A stretch of 64,000 nucleotides of DNA from Mustelus asterias (taxonomy: Eukaryota). A model generated the notes under the pieces. The model was not told the origin of the DNA, did no database searches, and was given only the letters and a program-made list of their open reading frames with translations. Below, one piece after another: positions 36,364 to 48,543 of the stretch (its first letter is position 1; each line of letters begins with the position of its first letter). The stretch lies in contig NC_135806.1 of assembly GCF_964213995.1 (NCBI RefSeq), forward strand, positions 24,862,001-24,926,000, given 5' to 3'. The translations under genes were made by a program, and so were the position numbers.

Positions 36364-37258
36364 AATCGAACCCACAGACTTAGTTTAGTATTGATCAAGG
36401 AATGAATTTTGTAGCCAGTGATTTACTCTCAGTGGCAGAAAATATTAACACAAAGGAATTATCCAGTTAAGCGGCTTTCTGGTTCATGCAGTATAATGAT
36501 GTGATTTTCTTTCCTCTGTTTGTGACTTCCAAAACCTTGTCTGTGCCAGGAAGCCGAGCCAATCAGGAGCAAGTGTGCACATCCTGGGATGTGGAGGAAC
36601 CTCGGTTGGAGCCAGGGAGGCAGTTCGGTCAGACCCTTGACTTGTCTATACAGTATTGTTAATGAATTAATTATTACTTGAAGCCACAAATCAGCTTCGA
36701 CTTTACTACAAACAAAACTACTACAGCAAAAAATGTACATAGCTACTGCCTCAGTACTCACCTATGAAAAAGAACTCCATGTATTAATATTCTTCTGAGG
36801 AAAATACTCTAACTTCTGACAAATGTGTTTATCAATATGTAGGGACCATACGACGTCAGCCAACGATTCAAACATATCTCACCACAGACTGTGATGAGAT
36901 ATTATTTGTTTATGAGTAAAAGTTACTGACTCTTTTGTGTTCACTCGCTGAGTGAGTTCCAGTGCATGTTTCAATCACTACTACTAAAACTTATCCGATG
37001 TCTGAACCATTTCATCCAAAACTAATATTATTCAGATGGTGTTCAAATTCTATGCATTCTTTATGTGATCTTTGTTGTCTTAAAGGTTTTGGAAGTCACA
37101 AACAGAGGAAAGAAAATCACATCATTATACTGCATGAACCAGAAAGACGCTTAACTGGATAATTCCTTTGTGTTAATATTTTCTGCCACTTAGAGTAAAT
37201 CACTGGCTACAAAATTCATTCCCTTGATCAATACTAAACTAAGTCTGTGGGTTTGATT
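36364..37258. repeat. Inverted repeat, ~175-bp arms (36364-36538 and 37083-37258), ~545-bp spacer
   Basis: Arms are near-identical reverse complements. The ORF track shows the same peptide GFGSHKQRKENHIIILHEPE on both strands. Confidence 0.93.
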
Positions 37259-37306
37259 ATAACCATACAAGTAAATAGTTTTGTACAAGTTAAAATCTCA
37301 CTCTGT

Positions 37307-37433
37307 GGGCGGGATTTTCCGGCTGCTTTCGCCACAAGGTTGAAAAATCCCACCCGACGTCAACGGATGTTTGGATGGTCTGTGTCCTGCCTGCTATGAT
37401 TCCCGTGATGGGCGGGATGGGAAAATTCCACCC
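37307..37433. mobile_element. ~127 bp MITE, TSD TGT
   Basis: GGGCGGGATTTTCC ... GGAAAATTCCACCC flanked by TGT on both sides. Confidence 0.75.
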
Positions 37434-39659
37434 TGTGAGTTTGTCTCATATATCAAATACCCTTGATTGGTTAAAAAACAAATCCTCACATGAAGTTAGA
37501 ATTTTGTCCGGTCGATCTTATTGTCAGCTCATGGAATTTTGTTTATCCTAGCAGAGCACTTAAGATTGGAAAAAAATGCCTTAGCTGTTCTAAAATTGCA
37601 TAATGGTTCCATGATGTGTAAGTACTAAGACATTTGGTCCAAGTTTGGTAATGTCAAATTTTGAAATAAACTTGAAATTATTCAAGGCAATCATTTTGTT
37701 CAAAATTCATCCTCCCTTCTTAAACTACAATTCCACGGTGGGCACAATCTAACTTCAGACAAGCAAATTGTGATAAGCTTATCTTTCAATATTGAGTCTG
37801 CAGGTAGTTACAGAGAAAATGTGGCGATCACTTTCCAGGCTTTGAAATCATTTTGAATCTTCCTAATAATGGCCATCGCATTACTTTTGCATGCTGGTTA
37901 TTTGATTCTGATCAGCAGTGAAGTCTTTCAATTTTTCTATGTATAAAACTGGGTGTGTATTGATTTTTCTGTGGAAATTGTATTTTTTGGGGTAGACTTC
38001 CTTTGTTAATGCAAATGCTCACGGTGGCAAATGGAGATGAACGTCTGCTAATCTAATCCCCTAAGGTTTATCCCTTATGTGGAATCTACCAATCTTCCCT
38101 CATCTAGCCATATGCGTCCATGCACTTCAAATAAATTGATTATTTGGCAGCATGTTTGCTGGCACTTTAGAATCCCTGTGGGTCTCTCTGTATTTTCTCC
38201 CATCTGGTACATTCCTGGCTTGCTATCCTTTTTTTGCAGGAAAATGGATTTGGCAAATGGCAGGCTAGGAGAATTGAGACTTTTTCAAATTTATTCTTCA
38301 TGGGTGACCTTATATTGGATGGATCAACATCAATTTTTTTCCTACAGGCTTCAATAAACTTATTCCACTGTGTTGTTTAGTCATGCAATAATGTGCAGAA
38401 TTAAATCAGCTTGCCTGCACCTATTTTTCTAAGTTAAAGTATAAGAGAGAAAATGTTATGTCAAGTACTAGACTGTATTGCTCGCCATGGTGCAAGGCAG
38501 TGTTTAAGTCAATGGTCTTCTAGTTTTCATCCTGGAGGTACAATTAGAATGACTGGCAGGTTTCTGATTTCTTTCTCTGTCTCAAGTGGTAGAGATGGGA
38601 ACCACTGTTGGAGTTTGGGGAAGGTGACAGCTGGTCTAACAGAGGATATTGACTCACCAGCTGAGTTTTCTATTAAGCGAGGGGCTTTGATGAGCTACAG
38701 CCTTCTTTTATCCTCACCAAAGTATTTTACTTATATTTCTTACATTTGCTTTTGGCTGAATTATTTTCAATGGGATTACATTTCAAACATGCATTCTGAA
38801 AGCAATTTGTCAAAGGTCAAAACACATCACAAAAATTGATAAAGGTTGTATATGGTGCACTGCTGGCCCACGATAACTTGTGGAAGGTTTAAGGGCTTAT
38901 TTTAAATCCTGGCAGAAAACCCACTTGGGAGTTTGAGTTGGAGGCCGAGCAGAATTTAGCTGCTGCCTCACTTGAATGCTGCTCTGATTTGAATGCAACT
39001 CACCCATTATAGGCTACAGGTGGCAACTGGCTGTCAAGTGAGCAACAAAGACTAGATGGCATGGAGGCCATACATTGCCAATAAGACATTGCTACTAGCA
39101 ACAAAGGGTGGGGGTTGTCCTTCGAGATGCTTACAATAGGGGCTAAATCCAGCTGCTGGGTTGTAGAAGCCTGAACATTCCTTGTGGGACACAGAGAACT
39201 TTTGTCCCTCCTTGCCCTATAAAAGAAACTTTTAAATTTCTTTAAATTGGCTGCTGGACAGCTTTATCAGCAGATTAAAATGTTGTTGGCCTGGATTCTG
39301 AATTCTCCTACTAGAATTTGGTGGGAACATCGTCCGCCATCACATCCAAAGAAGTTAAAATGGGGAACTGTTGGCATTGGAGCAGGAAATAGATCTGCTC
39401 CTTTTAACTGTGCCCCTCTTCCATTCCAGTTAAAATTCTCCAATTAATTTACCTTTGTAAATTACTCAGAAACTTTCCAGAAACCCAACAAATGGAGAGA
39501 TCAAGATGGCATAAGAAGCGTATTATGGTCATAAAGATTGAGAGTTTGGTGCCAAGAGGGAGATTTAATCAGAGCAGTGGTTGCCACTAAAGATTTCTCC
39601 CCACCACCCCGGCATTAACCCATTAGCAGGCAGGATCGCACCATTTGGGGAGCACAACA

Positions 39660-40012
39660 TGGGGAGGCAATGGCCTAGTGATATTATCGCTAGGCTGTAA
39701 ACTCTAGTAATGTTCTGGTGACCCGGGTTCGAAACCCGCCATGGCAGATGGTGGAATTTGAATTCAATATCTGAAATTAAGAATCTACTGATGACCATGA
39801 AATCATTGTCGATTGTCAGGAAAAACCCATCTGGTTCACGAATGTCCTCTAGGGAAGGAAATCTGCCATTCTAATCTGGTCTGGCCTACATGTGACTCCA
39901 GAGCCACAGCGATGTGGTTGACTCTCAACTGCCCTCTGAACAAGGGCAACGAGGGATGGGCAATAAATGCTGGCCAGCCAGTGACATCCATGTCCCATGA
40001 ATGAATAAATAA
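39660..40012 (+). mobile_element. Second tRNA-SINE family copy
   Basis: TGGCCTAGTG A box, GGTTCGAAACC B box, and the same body and tail as 8420. Confidence 0.82.
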
Positions 40013-41829
40013 GAAACCCGTGGTTCCAGTGGGATGTTAGTGGGCTGGATACCAGTGCCTGATTGAGGGACCTGTCATCGAGAAGGGCGGTGGGGGTAGC
40101 CACTAACAGCCACACTCCTGTCCTTGCAGTTGACCCCCTTCCACTGCAACCCCCACCCCATCATTGCCTCCTGCTATCACTCACTTCTGGTCTGAGTCCT
40201 GGAACAATACTGGGTCCAGCACCAAAATTAAAGTTCCAGCATCTCTCTCTACAGATGCTGCCTGACCTGCTGAGTATTTCCAGCATTTTTTGTCTTTGCT
40301 TTAAATTTCCACCATCTGCAATATTTTGCTTTTCTAACATATGATCCATTGCATAACAAATGCAACTAACTGTCATCAATAGAATAAATTAGACCCAGAC
40401 ATTCATTTGGTTCCTATCACGTTTACTTGCTTTTGAAGCTACAGGTAAGATGAATAATATTTCCGATCACAAGGGTAACTATTTCCATTTATAGGTCATT
40501 AAAGCAATAGTTTGGTTTGTTCCACACCATGATGTTAGAATGCTAAACAACTGGCAAGCTGACAGTTTTTTTATGTGTGGTCTGGCAGGATGGAAACAAA
40601 ATTCACATTTCCACAACTGCCATATTATTAGCCATACACTGGCGCTCCGTCCCCATGAGACAGCTTGCCTAGTAACTAGAAGCTTGTATAATTGTTCTTT
40701 GTACCTGTGTTCAGCACATTTGTCCTCTACCATATCAAACTCATGGTGACTTACTGATGAAGTGAGCTGCATCTGGATTGAAACTTTGACTTTGAAACAC
40801 ATATGTAATGCTTGCTATGGGGGTATCTCTAGCAATCAACAGGGAATTACAATGCACAAGCCATTCAGCATGATATAGAGATACTTTATAGATGAACAAT
40901 TGTGCAGCACACTGATTTTATATGTTGGTTCAAATCAGACTGAAACAGGGCTTCCCACCATTGACATATTGCCAGTCTCCCAAAAATGGGAGGTAATTTT
41001 TCTGTTTGTAGCCATCCAAAAAAACATTTTATCAAATACTTTTTTCATGTAATCTGTGTCCCATTATAGACACAAATGCCTGTAAGAGTTCTCGCTGAAA
41101 CTGATTAAAAAAATAAACATATTTAACAAAAAAATTACAAGATTATATGGCTGCTATAAATACAGCATCCAAGGCAGCGAAATGACGGTATTGTCATTTG
41201 TGGGGCAGCTTATGGTTCACATTGAAATAAAATCATATTCTTTTGACTTCCACTCCATATGCTCTCCATATGCTGAATGAAACAAAAGTTGGCAGTAAGT
41301 GAAACTCTGGAACATTGCACCTCAGTCCAATTACATGCTGCAACATGAAGTGGTTGATACACGTTTTCTGCCTCTCCTCACCCCTTAGTATTCACCATGT
41401 CACTATCGAGCCAAAGTGTTGGGTAGGTTTGAAACACAGAAGAGAGGAAAAAATTAGAGCATATTCATCTCAGTGGACTTAAAGAGTGGCTTTGCTAACA
41501 GTTAAGCAATTGTTGAACGATGATGAATATCTAATTCATGGTTCATGTTAGTATTTTGGAGGTAGTCACTTAGTAGCACACAGTATTGCTAAAATGAGAG
41601 ATATGTCAAAGATTTTCATCTTGAGCTCATCAGATCCTTTCGCACGAATACAAATCCAAGGGAGACAACAAATTTATACTGTATGAGCCAATGCTGTTTG
41701 ACTGGCAAGTAGACTCTGATTGCTAGAGGCATTGCCATGGAGAATGCACCAGTTAATGATGACTGATGCTTACTGGACTTGTGTAAGAGATGAATTGGCA
41801 TGACATACATGACAAGGTTCATCCTCGTA

Positions 41830-42275
41830 GCTCGTCACATCCACAAATGTATGGGCTACCCAAGACACACAAAGGTGATGACCCTTTACTCCCTATCTTA
41901 TCTATGGCTGGGTCTGCACACCATTAATTGGCCAAGTGGCTGGATGAATTGTTACAACCAGTTTTGATCATGTTTTCCACATACATGCTGAAGGATTCCT
42001 TCACATTCGTGAGGACCATTCAGGATTTGCATATCAATAGCAATATTGCGTCCATGTATTCATTTGACATTGCTGCTCTGTTCACCAATGTTCCACTTAA
42101 GGAACCCATAGATATTTGCACTGCAGCACTGTATCACGGTGATCTAGACCCACCACCATTAGGTGAATCAGTATTAATTGAGCTTAGGAACTTGGCAACA
42201 CGTTATCTCCCTTGAATTTGTCCTGATGAGTGCAAGACAAAAGCTTTGGCAAAATCGTCTCTTTTTCAGCAATAT
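41830..42275 (+). mobile_element. Penelope-like RT fragment joined to a terminal segment
   Basis: LAKWLDELLQPVL...KDSFTF...SFDIAALFTNVPLKEPIDI is a PLE RT motif. A degenerate CTGATGA...AAAGCTT motif lies at 42223-42247. Confidence 0.75.
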
Positions 42276-42474
42276 TTTAGAGGTAATGTTTATTTCTGGA
42301 AAGATTAAAAGTGTAAAGGGTAAGGTAACTAAAATGCTAGGCTTTAGAGATTGCCAAAAATCTCAAAATATGGTAGTACAGAAAGTTACCCCTATTTGTT
42401 CAGTAGAGCCAGAGTGGAAGGGAAGAAGCCATGACACAACAGGTTAACTTACTTAGCTGGAGACTGGAGACATG

Positions 42475-43414
42475 GGGCCCGATTTTATTGCGTGGAAACT
42501 TGGTAAAGTTGGGCGTGAGGCGAGAAGCGTGATCTGCGACTGCCTCCGCAGCCGTTCCTCCTTTACCAATGGCTGAAAATGGCGGCGATCAGGACCGCGA
42601 CCGAAATGGGCACGACGGCAATTTAAATGCATTTGAATGCATTTAAACTGAATTAATGGGCTAGATGCCCAACTTTACCAGCATTTCCCCTTTTATCACT
42701 GCGTTCACCCGTCCAGATTTGATGCGAAACAGACATGGTCCGCAAAGGTCTAATTTGGGCGCCCACCTTCTGAGGAAGTACGTTCAGAGCTTCTGAGGGC
42801 TCTCTGACTCAGATCAGTGGTAGGTGGGGGGGAGAGAGGCGGGTCAGATGGCTCTCTGGTGGGGGGGAGGGAGGCAGGTCAGATGGCTCTCTGGTGGGGA
42901 GGTAGGGGGGGCGGGGGGGCAAGGGGGGCTGCTGCCACTCCGTGTACAATTGATGGGGGGGAAGGGGGGTCTGTTGCCACACTGCATGCGATCGGTGGGG
43001 GGGAAGGGGGGTCTGCTGCCACTCTGCGTGCAATCGGCTGGGGAAAGGGGCGCAGGGGGCCACGATCGGACTGGGTGGTGAGGGGATAAGGGCAACAATA
43101 ATGCTGTGGGGGTGGGGCAATGTCTGTGGGGGCCAGGGGCAGGCATTATCCAGCCCGGGAGCGAAGTGGCAGGGGAGCGCTTTTCTATTTTTTTTTACTG
43201 CGCATGCGCAATTGAAGGCTCCGATCGGAGCTGCAGCGATTTAGGCACAATAAGCCCCACCCACAGGCTTGTGCAGCACAATTCAGAATCACTGATATTT
43301 TTTCAGGCAGAATGCATATGGGGGTGCCTGAGAACAGGTCTAAAAGTCAGATCTGAAACACTCCCAGTTTCAAGCCCGCCCAGCACTTAGAAGCAAAATG
43401 GTAAAATCGGGCCC
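42475..43414. mobile_element. Non-autonomous Harbinger-type element (940 bp), TSD ATG
   Basis: TIRs GGGCCCGATTTTA / TAAAATCGGGCCC, with ATG duplicated at 42472-42474 and 43415-43417. Same family as 13651-14799. Confidence 0.88.
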
Positions 43415-43997
43415 ATGGTGCCTACATTGCTTGTAAAGAAGTGCATTACAGAGAGATATTTTGTTTTGGGAGTTAGGGCTAAATTAGTTTAAAAGCATTG
43501 ATTGAACCCTGAAAATACATCATCATGGAGTTTTGGGGAGATTAAGAAGGCTCTCTGGGTTTCATGGTACGACTAGAAGGAAAGTTTTCATGTGATCCAG
43601 TCTGCAAAAGAGGAAGTAAAACCACTGATTTCCTTTGCAAAACTACAGCTGTCATTCAGGCTTAGAGTCTTTGTAAACATTGCAGTGAGGAACAATGGGG
43701 GTGCTTGAGATGCATTCAAGCATGAAGGGAAAGGTAAATAAACACAGCTGATTAGATAAAAGCAAAATACTGTGGATGCTGGAATCCGAAACAAAAACAG
43801 AAAATGCTGGAAAACAAAATGCTGAAAAAAAGCATTGAATTATTTTCAAGATTAATGTAAAATAATTTCAAAGTAAAGAGGGGAGAAAGCGGGAGAATGC
43901 CACAAAGTGAATTGCCCACTTGGAAAGTCGGTACAGATATGATGGGCTGAATATAATAACTTTGTGATTCTCTGATTAAACAAATATGCCAGCTTTA

Positions 43998-45169
43998 GGC
44001 GGGGATTCATTGGCCCCATTTGCTGATGGCGGGAATCACAATTTCCCCCTGAATTGGATGTAAGGGCTAAAAATGAAAAACGGGATTACTGCCGGGCATG
44101 AGGACTATCATGATTCACTTGACCCGCCCCGTTGTCCCCAATCAGGTTCCCACCTCGAGCAGGCAGCAATCCAATTAATATGCAAACCCAGTATTGTAAG
44201 CGGATTTGACGGTCCATTCCCTGTCTCTACCCCGCGCCATTAACTCGCTTCTCTAACGGGAAATGCACCGGATTGGTTTTGGTGTTCGGCTCCGAGGGTC
44301 CAGTGGAGCACCACCACCCCCTCAGCAAAGAGGGGCATCTCCCCCCCCCCCCCCCCACCACTCAAATAACTGATCACCCTCCCCCACACCACGCAGGCAT
44401 GAGGGTGACCCAACCCCCCTCTCAGCCCCCTCCCCATCAAACTCCCCACTCAGTACACTCTCCCCTCAGATCCTCACTCAAGCCCACCTTCAGGCCATGT
44501 GCCTTGGCAGTTCCAGTGGTGCATTGTCCCTGGTACTAACATCTTGGCTTGCCCGGAGGAGTATCAAGCAGGTAAGTCCAATGGCCATTTGCCTCTCTTT
44601 CACTGCTAGGCTGCAGAGGATGTGTCCCCCTGGGGGTTAGGTGGTCCTGGGCTGGAGGTAAGGGGTTGACCTTGCCACTCTCTCCCAGGATGGGGGTTAT
44701 GTGGCTGGACTGTCCCTTCTAACCCTGGCAGACCTGAAGATCATCCCTGACAAGACAGGAAGGCAGATTATTATTTGAACGGGTGCAAATTGAGAGAGGT
44801 GGATATGCAACAAAATTTGGTTGGGGAGGGAGGATGCCCCTCTTTGCTGAGGATTTGGTGGTACTCCCCGGACTCTCGGGGTCCAACACCACAGCCCATC
44901 CGGTGCATTTCCCGCTAGAGTGAATGGTGGGGGGGGGAGGGGCAGTGAATGGGCCATCAAGCCCGCTAACTGTTCTACAATTACTGGGTTTACATATTAA
45001 TTGGGTTGCGGCCTGCTCTGGATAGGAACCTGGTCAGGGCCAATGGGTGGGTCGAATGAACCATGATAGCCCTCATGCCTGGAACTAATCCTGTTTTTAG
45101 CCCTGACATCCAATTCAGTGGGTAACTGTGATTAGTGCCATCAGCAAATGGAGCCAGTGAATCTCCTCC
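43998..45169. mobile_element. Harbinger-like element with long imperfect TIRs, TTA/TAA flanks
   Basis: GGCGGGGATTCATTGGCCCCATTTGCTGATGGC ... GCCATCAGCAAATGGAGCCAGTGAATCTCCTCC. Inverted similarity extends ~350 bp inward. Confidence 0.6.
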
Positions 45170-45379
45170 TAAAGATGGCATACTTGTTTAATCAGAGCAT
45201 CACAGAATTGTTACATTCAGCTCATCATGCCTGCACTGACTCTCCAAGTGAGCATTTCACTTTGTGCCATTCTCCCACTTTCTCCCCTCTTTAATTTTGA
45301 AATTATTTTATATTATTCCTGAAAATAATTCAATTTATTCAGCTAAATAAACTAACGAATTGACAAATTTTTAGATGTG

Positions 45380-46445
45380 ATAATCTGGAACAAAATTAAC
45401 AGTCACTTGGTCAAGTGTGGATTGATTAGCGTCAGCTAGCATTGATTTGTTAAAAGCAAATTTGATTTAACTAACTTGATTGAATTTTTTGATGAGGTAA
45501 CAGAGAGGGTTAATGAGGGTAATGTGGTTGATGTGTACATGGACCTCTGAAAGGTGTTTATAAAATGCTGAACAAAAGGCTTGTCAGTACATTTCCATAG
45601 AATTCATAGAATCCCTACAGTGCAGAAAGAGGCCATTGAGTCTGCACTGTCTGTCTGAAAGAGCACCTCACATAGGCCCAACCCTTCGCCCTATCCCTGT
45701 AACGCTACACATTTAACATGGCCAATCCACCTAACCTATACATCTTTGGACACTAAGAGGCAATTTAGCATGGCCAATCCACCTAACCTGCACCTGGATT
45801 CTGGGAGGAAACCAGAGCATTTGCAGGAAGCACATGCAGATATGGGGAGAACTTGCAAACTCCATACAGTCACCCAAGGCCAGAATCAAACCTGGCTCCC
45901 TGGCAATGTGAGAGAGCAGTGCTAACCATTGTGCCATCTTGCCACCCAGTTGAAGCTCTTGGTAGGATGGATAGGAATTTGGCTGAGTGACAGGGAACAG
46001 AGAGTACTGGTGACCACAAAAAGGAATACAGTAGGTCCCCCAGGATCTGTACTGGACCACTGCTTTTCTTGATAGATAAATTATTGAGATTTAGGTGTAG
46101 AGGGTAAAATTTCAAATTGCAGATGATGTAAAACTTGGAAGTATTGTGAAATGTGAGGAAGTGAATGGTAGGTTTTAAAAGGTTGCAGAGGGTTCTGGTT
46201 GAATGCTCAGATACATGGCAGATGAAATTTAATGCAGAGAGGTGTAAAGTGATACATTTTTGTAGGAAGAACAAGAAGAAGCAATAGCAAATAAAGTACA
46301 AAAGCATGGGCCTTATGATAAAGCTTTATGAGACACTGGTTTGGCCTGTTGCATCCAATTCTGTGCACCACACTTTAGGGTGGATGTGAAAACATTAGTG
46401 AGAGTGAAGAAGGATTTATGAGAACAGTTCCAAGAATTAGAGACT
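45380..46445 (+). mobile_element. Decayed CR1 RT region with an HE1/V-type SINE inserted at 45596-45946 (minus)
   Basis: LTNLIEFFDEVTERVNEGNVVDVYMD, VPQGSVLGPLLF and WQMKFNAERCKVIHF motifs. Confidence 0.75.
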
Positions 46446-46449
46446 TCAG

Positions 46450-48210
46450 TGGCTGCTTTGTTTCTGGATGGCGTTGAACTTCCTGAAAGTTATTGGAGCT
46501 ATATTTATCCAGGCATGTAGAATATTTCATCACACCTCTGACTTGTGGTTGAGTCAGGAGGTGATCTGCTCACCACAGAATTCTCAGTCTCTGACCTGCT
46601 CTTGTAGCCACAGTATTTGTATGATTGGCCCAGTTCAGTTTTTGGTCAATTGTAACCCTCAGGATGTTGATAGTGGGGGATTCATTGGTGGCAATGCCAT
46701 TGCATATCAAGGGCAAATGGTTAGATTCTCTCTTGTTGGAGATGGTTATTGCCTAGTATTGCTGTGCACAAAGTGGTTGGCACTTATCAATCCAAGCCTG
46801 AATGTTGGCAAGGTCTTGCTGCATATTGACATGGACTGCTTCAGTTTCTGAGGAATTGTGAATGGTATTGAATGTTGTTCAATTATCAGTGAATATCCAC
46901 ACTTCTGACCTTATGATGGAGGGAAGGTCTTTGATGAAGCAGCTGAAGATGGTTGGGCTGAGGGCACTATCCTGAAGAACTTCCATAGGGATGTCCCAGG
47001 GCTGAGATGATTGGCCTCCAACAGCCACAAACATCTCCTGTTGTGCTAGATACGATTCCAAGCAGTTTAGAGGTTACACTATGACTTGCATTGATTTCAA
47101 TTTTGCTAGTGCCCCTTGATGCCAGAGTCAGTCAAGTGCTGTCTTGATGTTAAGGGCTGTCACTCTCAGTTCATCTCTTTAATTCAGCTCACCTCCATGT
47201 TTAGACCAAGGCTGTCATGAGGTCAGGAAACAAGTGGCCCTGCGAGAACCTAAAATGAGCACAATGAGCAGGCCATTTCTTCGTAAATGCCAGTTGGTAG
47301 CAATATAGATGATACCTTCTGTCAATTTGCTGATGATCGATTATTGATGGGACAGTAATTGACTGGTTTGGTTTGTTCAGCTTTTAGTGGCCAGGTGATT
47401 CTATGGACTACCTGACCACATTGTCAGGTAGCTGTCATTGTTGTAGCTGTACTGGAACATCTTAACTAGGAGCATGGGTAGTTCTGGAGTACAAGTCTTC
47501 ATTGCTACTGTTGGGTTGCTATCAGTTTTTCAGCCTTTTCCTGATGTGGAATGACTTAAGTGGATGAAGATTGGCACCTGTTATGCTGTGCTCCCAGGAA
47601 GAGTCCAAGATGGGTCATCCATTTAGTACTTCTGACTGAAAATGGTCAAATGTTTCAGTCTTGTCTTTTATACTGATGGTTTGGGCTCCTCCATCACCGA
47701 GGATGAGGGTGTTTGTGGAAAGGTTCCTTCTCTGGCTAGTTGTTTAATTGTCCACCACCATTCATGATGAATGTGATACAACTGCAAAGCTTTGATCTGA
47801 TCTGTTGGCTGTGGGATTGTTTAGCCCTGTCTACATCATGCTGCTTCTGTTGTTTAGCATACAAATAATCCTGTGCTGTAGGTTCACCAAGTTGACACCT
47901 CATTTCTCGACATGCCTGATGCAGTTCCTTGCATGCCCTTCTGCACTCTTCATTGAATCAGAATTATCCCCCAGCTTGATGTAATGATCAAGAGTGATAT
48001 GCCGGGTGATGGAGTTGACAGATTGTGGTTGAATATAATTCTGCTGCTGGTCTACAGTGTCTCATGGATGCAGATGATAAATCTGTTCTAATTCTATCTC
48101 ACTTAGCATAGTAGTTGTGCCATGTAAAATGATGGAGAGTATTCTCAGTGCGAATAATGGACTATATCTCCACAAGGACTGTGCGGTGATCACCCCTACT
48201 TATACTGTCA
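46450..48210 (-). mobile_element. CR1/L2-group LINE, decayed; continues at 48498-48543 and 51330-51590
   Basis: VAVGGQSSQPWDIPMEVLQDSALSPTIFSCFIKDLPSII...FTDN RT region. Same family as 15300 and 21040. Confidence 0.75.
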
Positions 48211-48497
48211 TGTATTGTAGGGTGTTGGGTATCATTTGGTAGGTGTTAATGAAGTCTTCCTAGTCTTAAGTAGGTTAACTGTATATATTTATTAAGCATA
48301 AGAACAATGTATATATAGTACAGGGTTCAAGCTAAGAACTGTCTCCATACATGTTGTGCACAAGACTCTGTCTAACACTAGACTCACCACCTCCCCACCC
48401 CGCCTCCGAGGTGCAGGTCACATGTTCTCTTACATCATTGTGTGGGCAGTACATCAGTCCCACATTAACCCTATATATGCTAGACCTTTACACTACA
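48211..48497 (-). mobile_element. Short solo LTR (287 bp) inserted in the LINE
   Basis: TGTATTGTA ... TACACTACA inverted ends, minus-strand AATAAA at ~48288, apparent TCA duplication. Confidence 0.65.
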
Positions 48498-48543
48498 TCA
48501 TGGACAGATGCATCTGCCATGGGTAGATTGGTGAGGACAAAGT

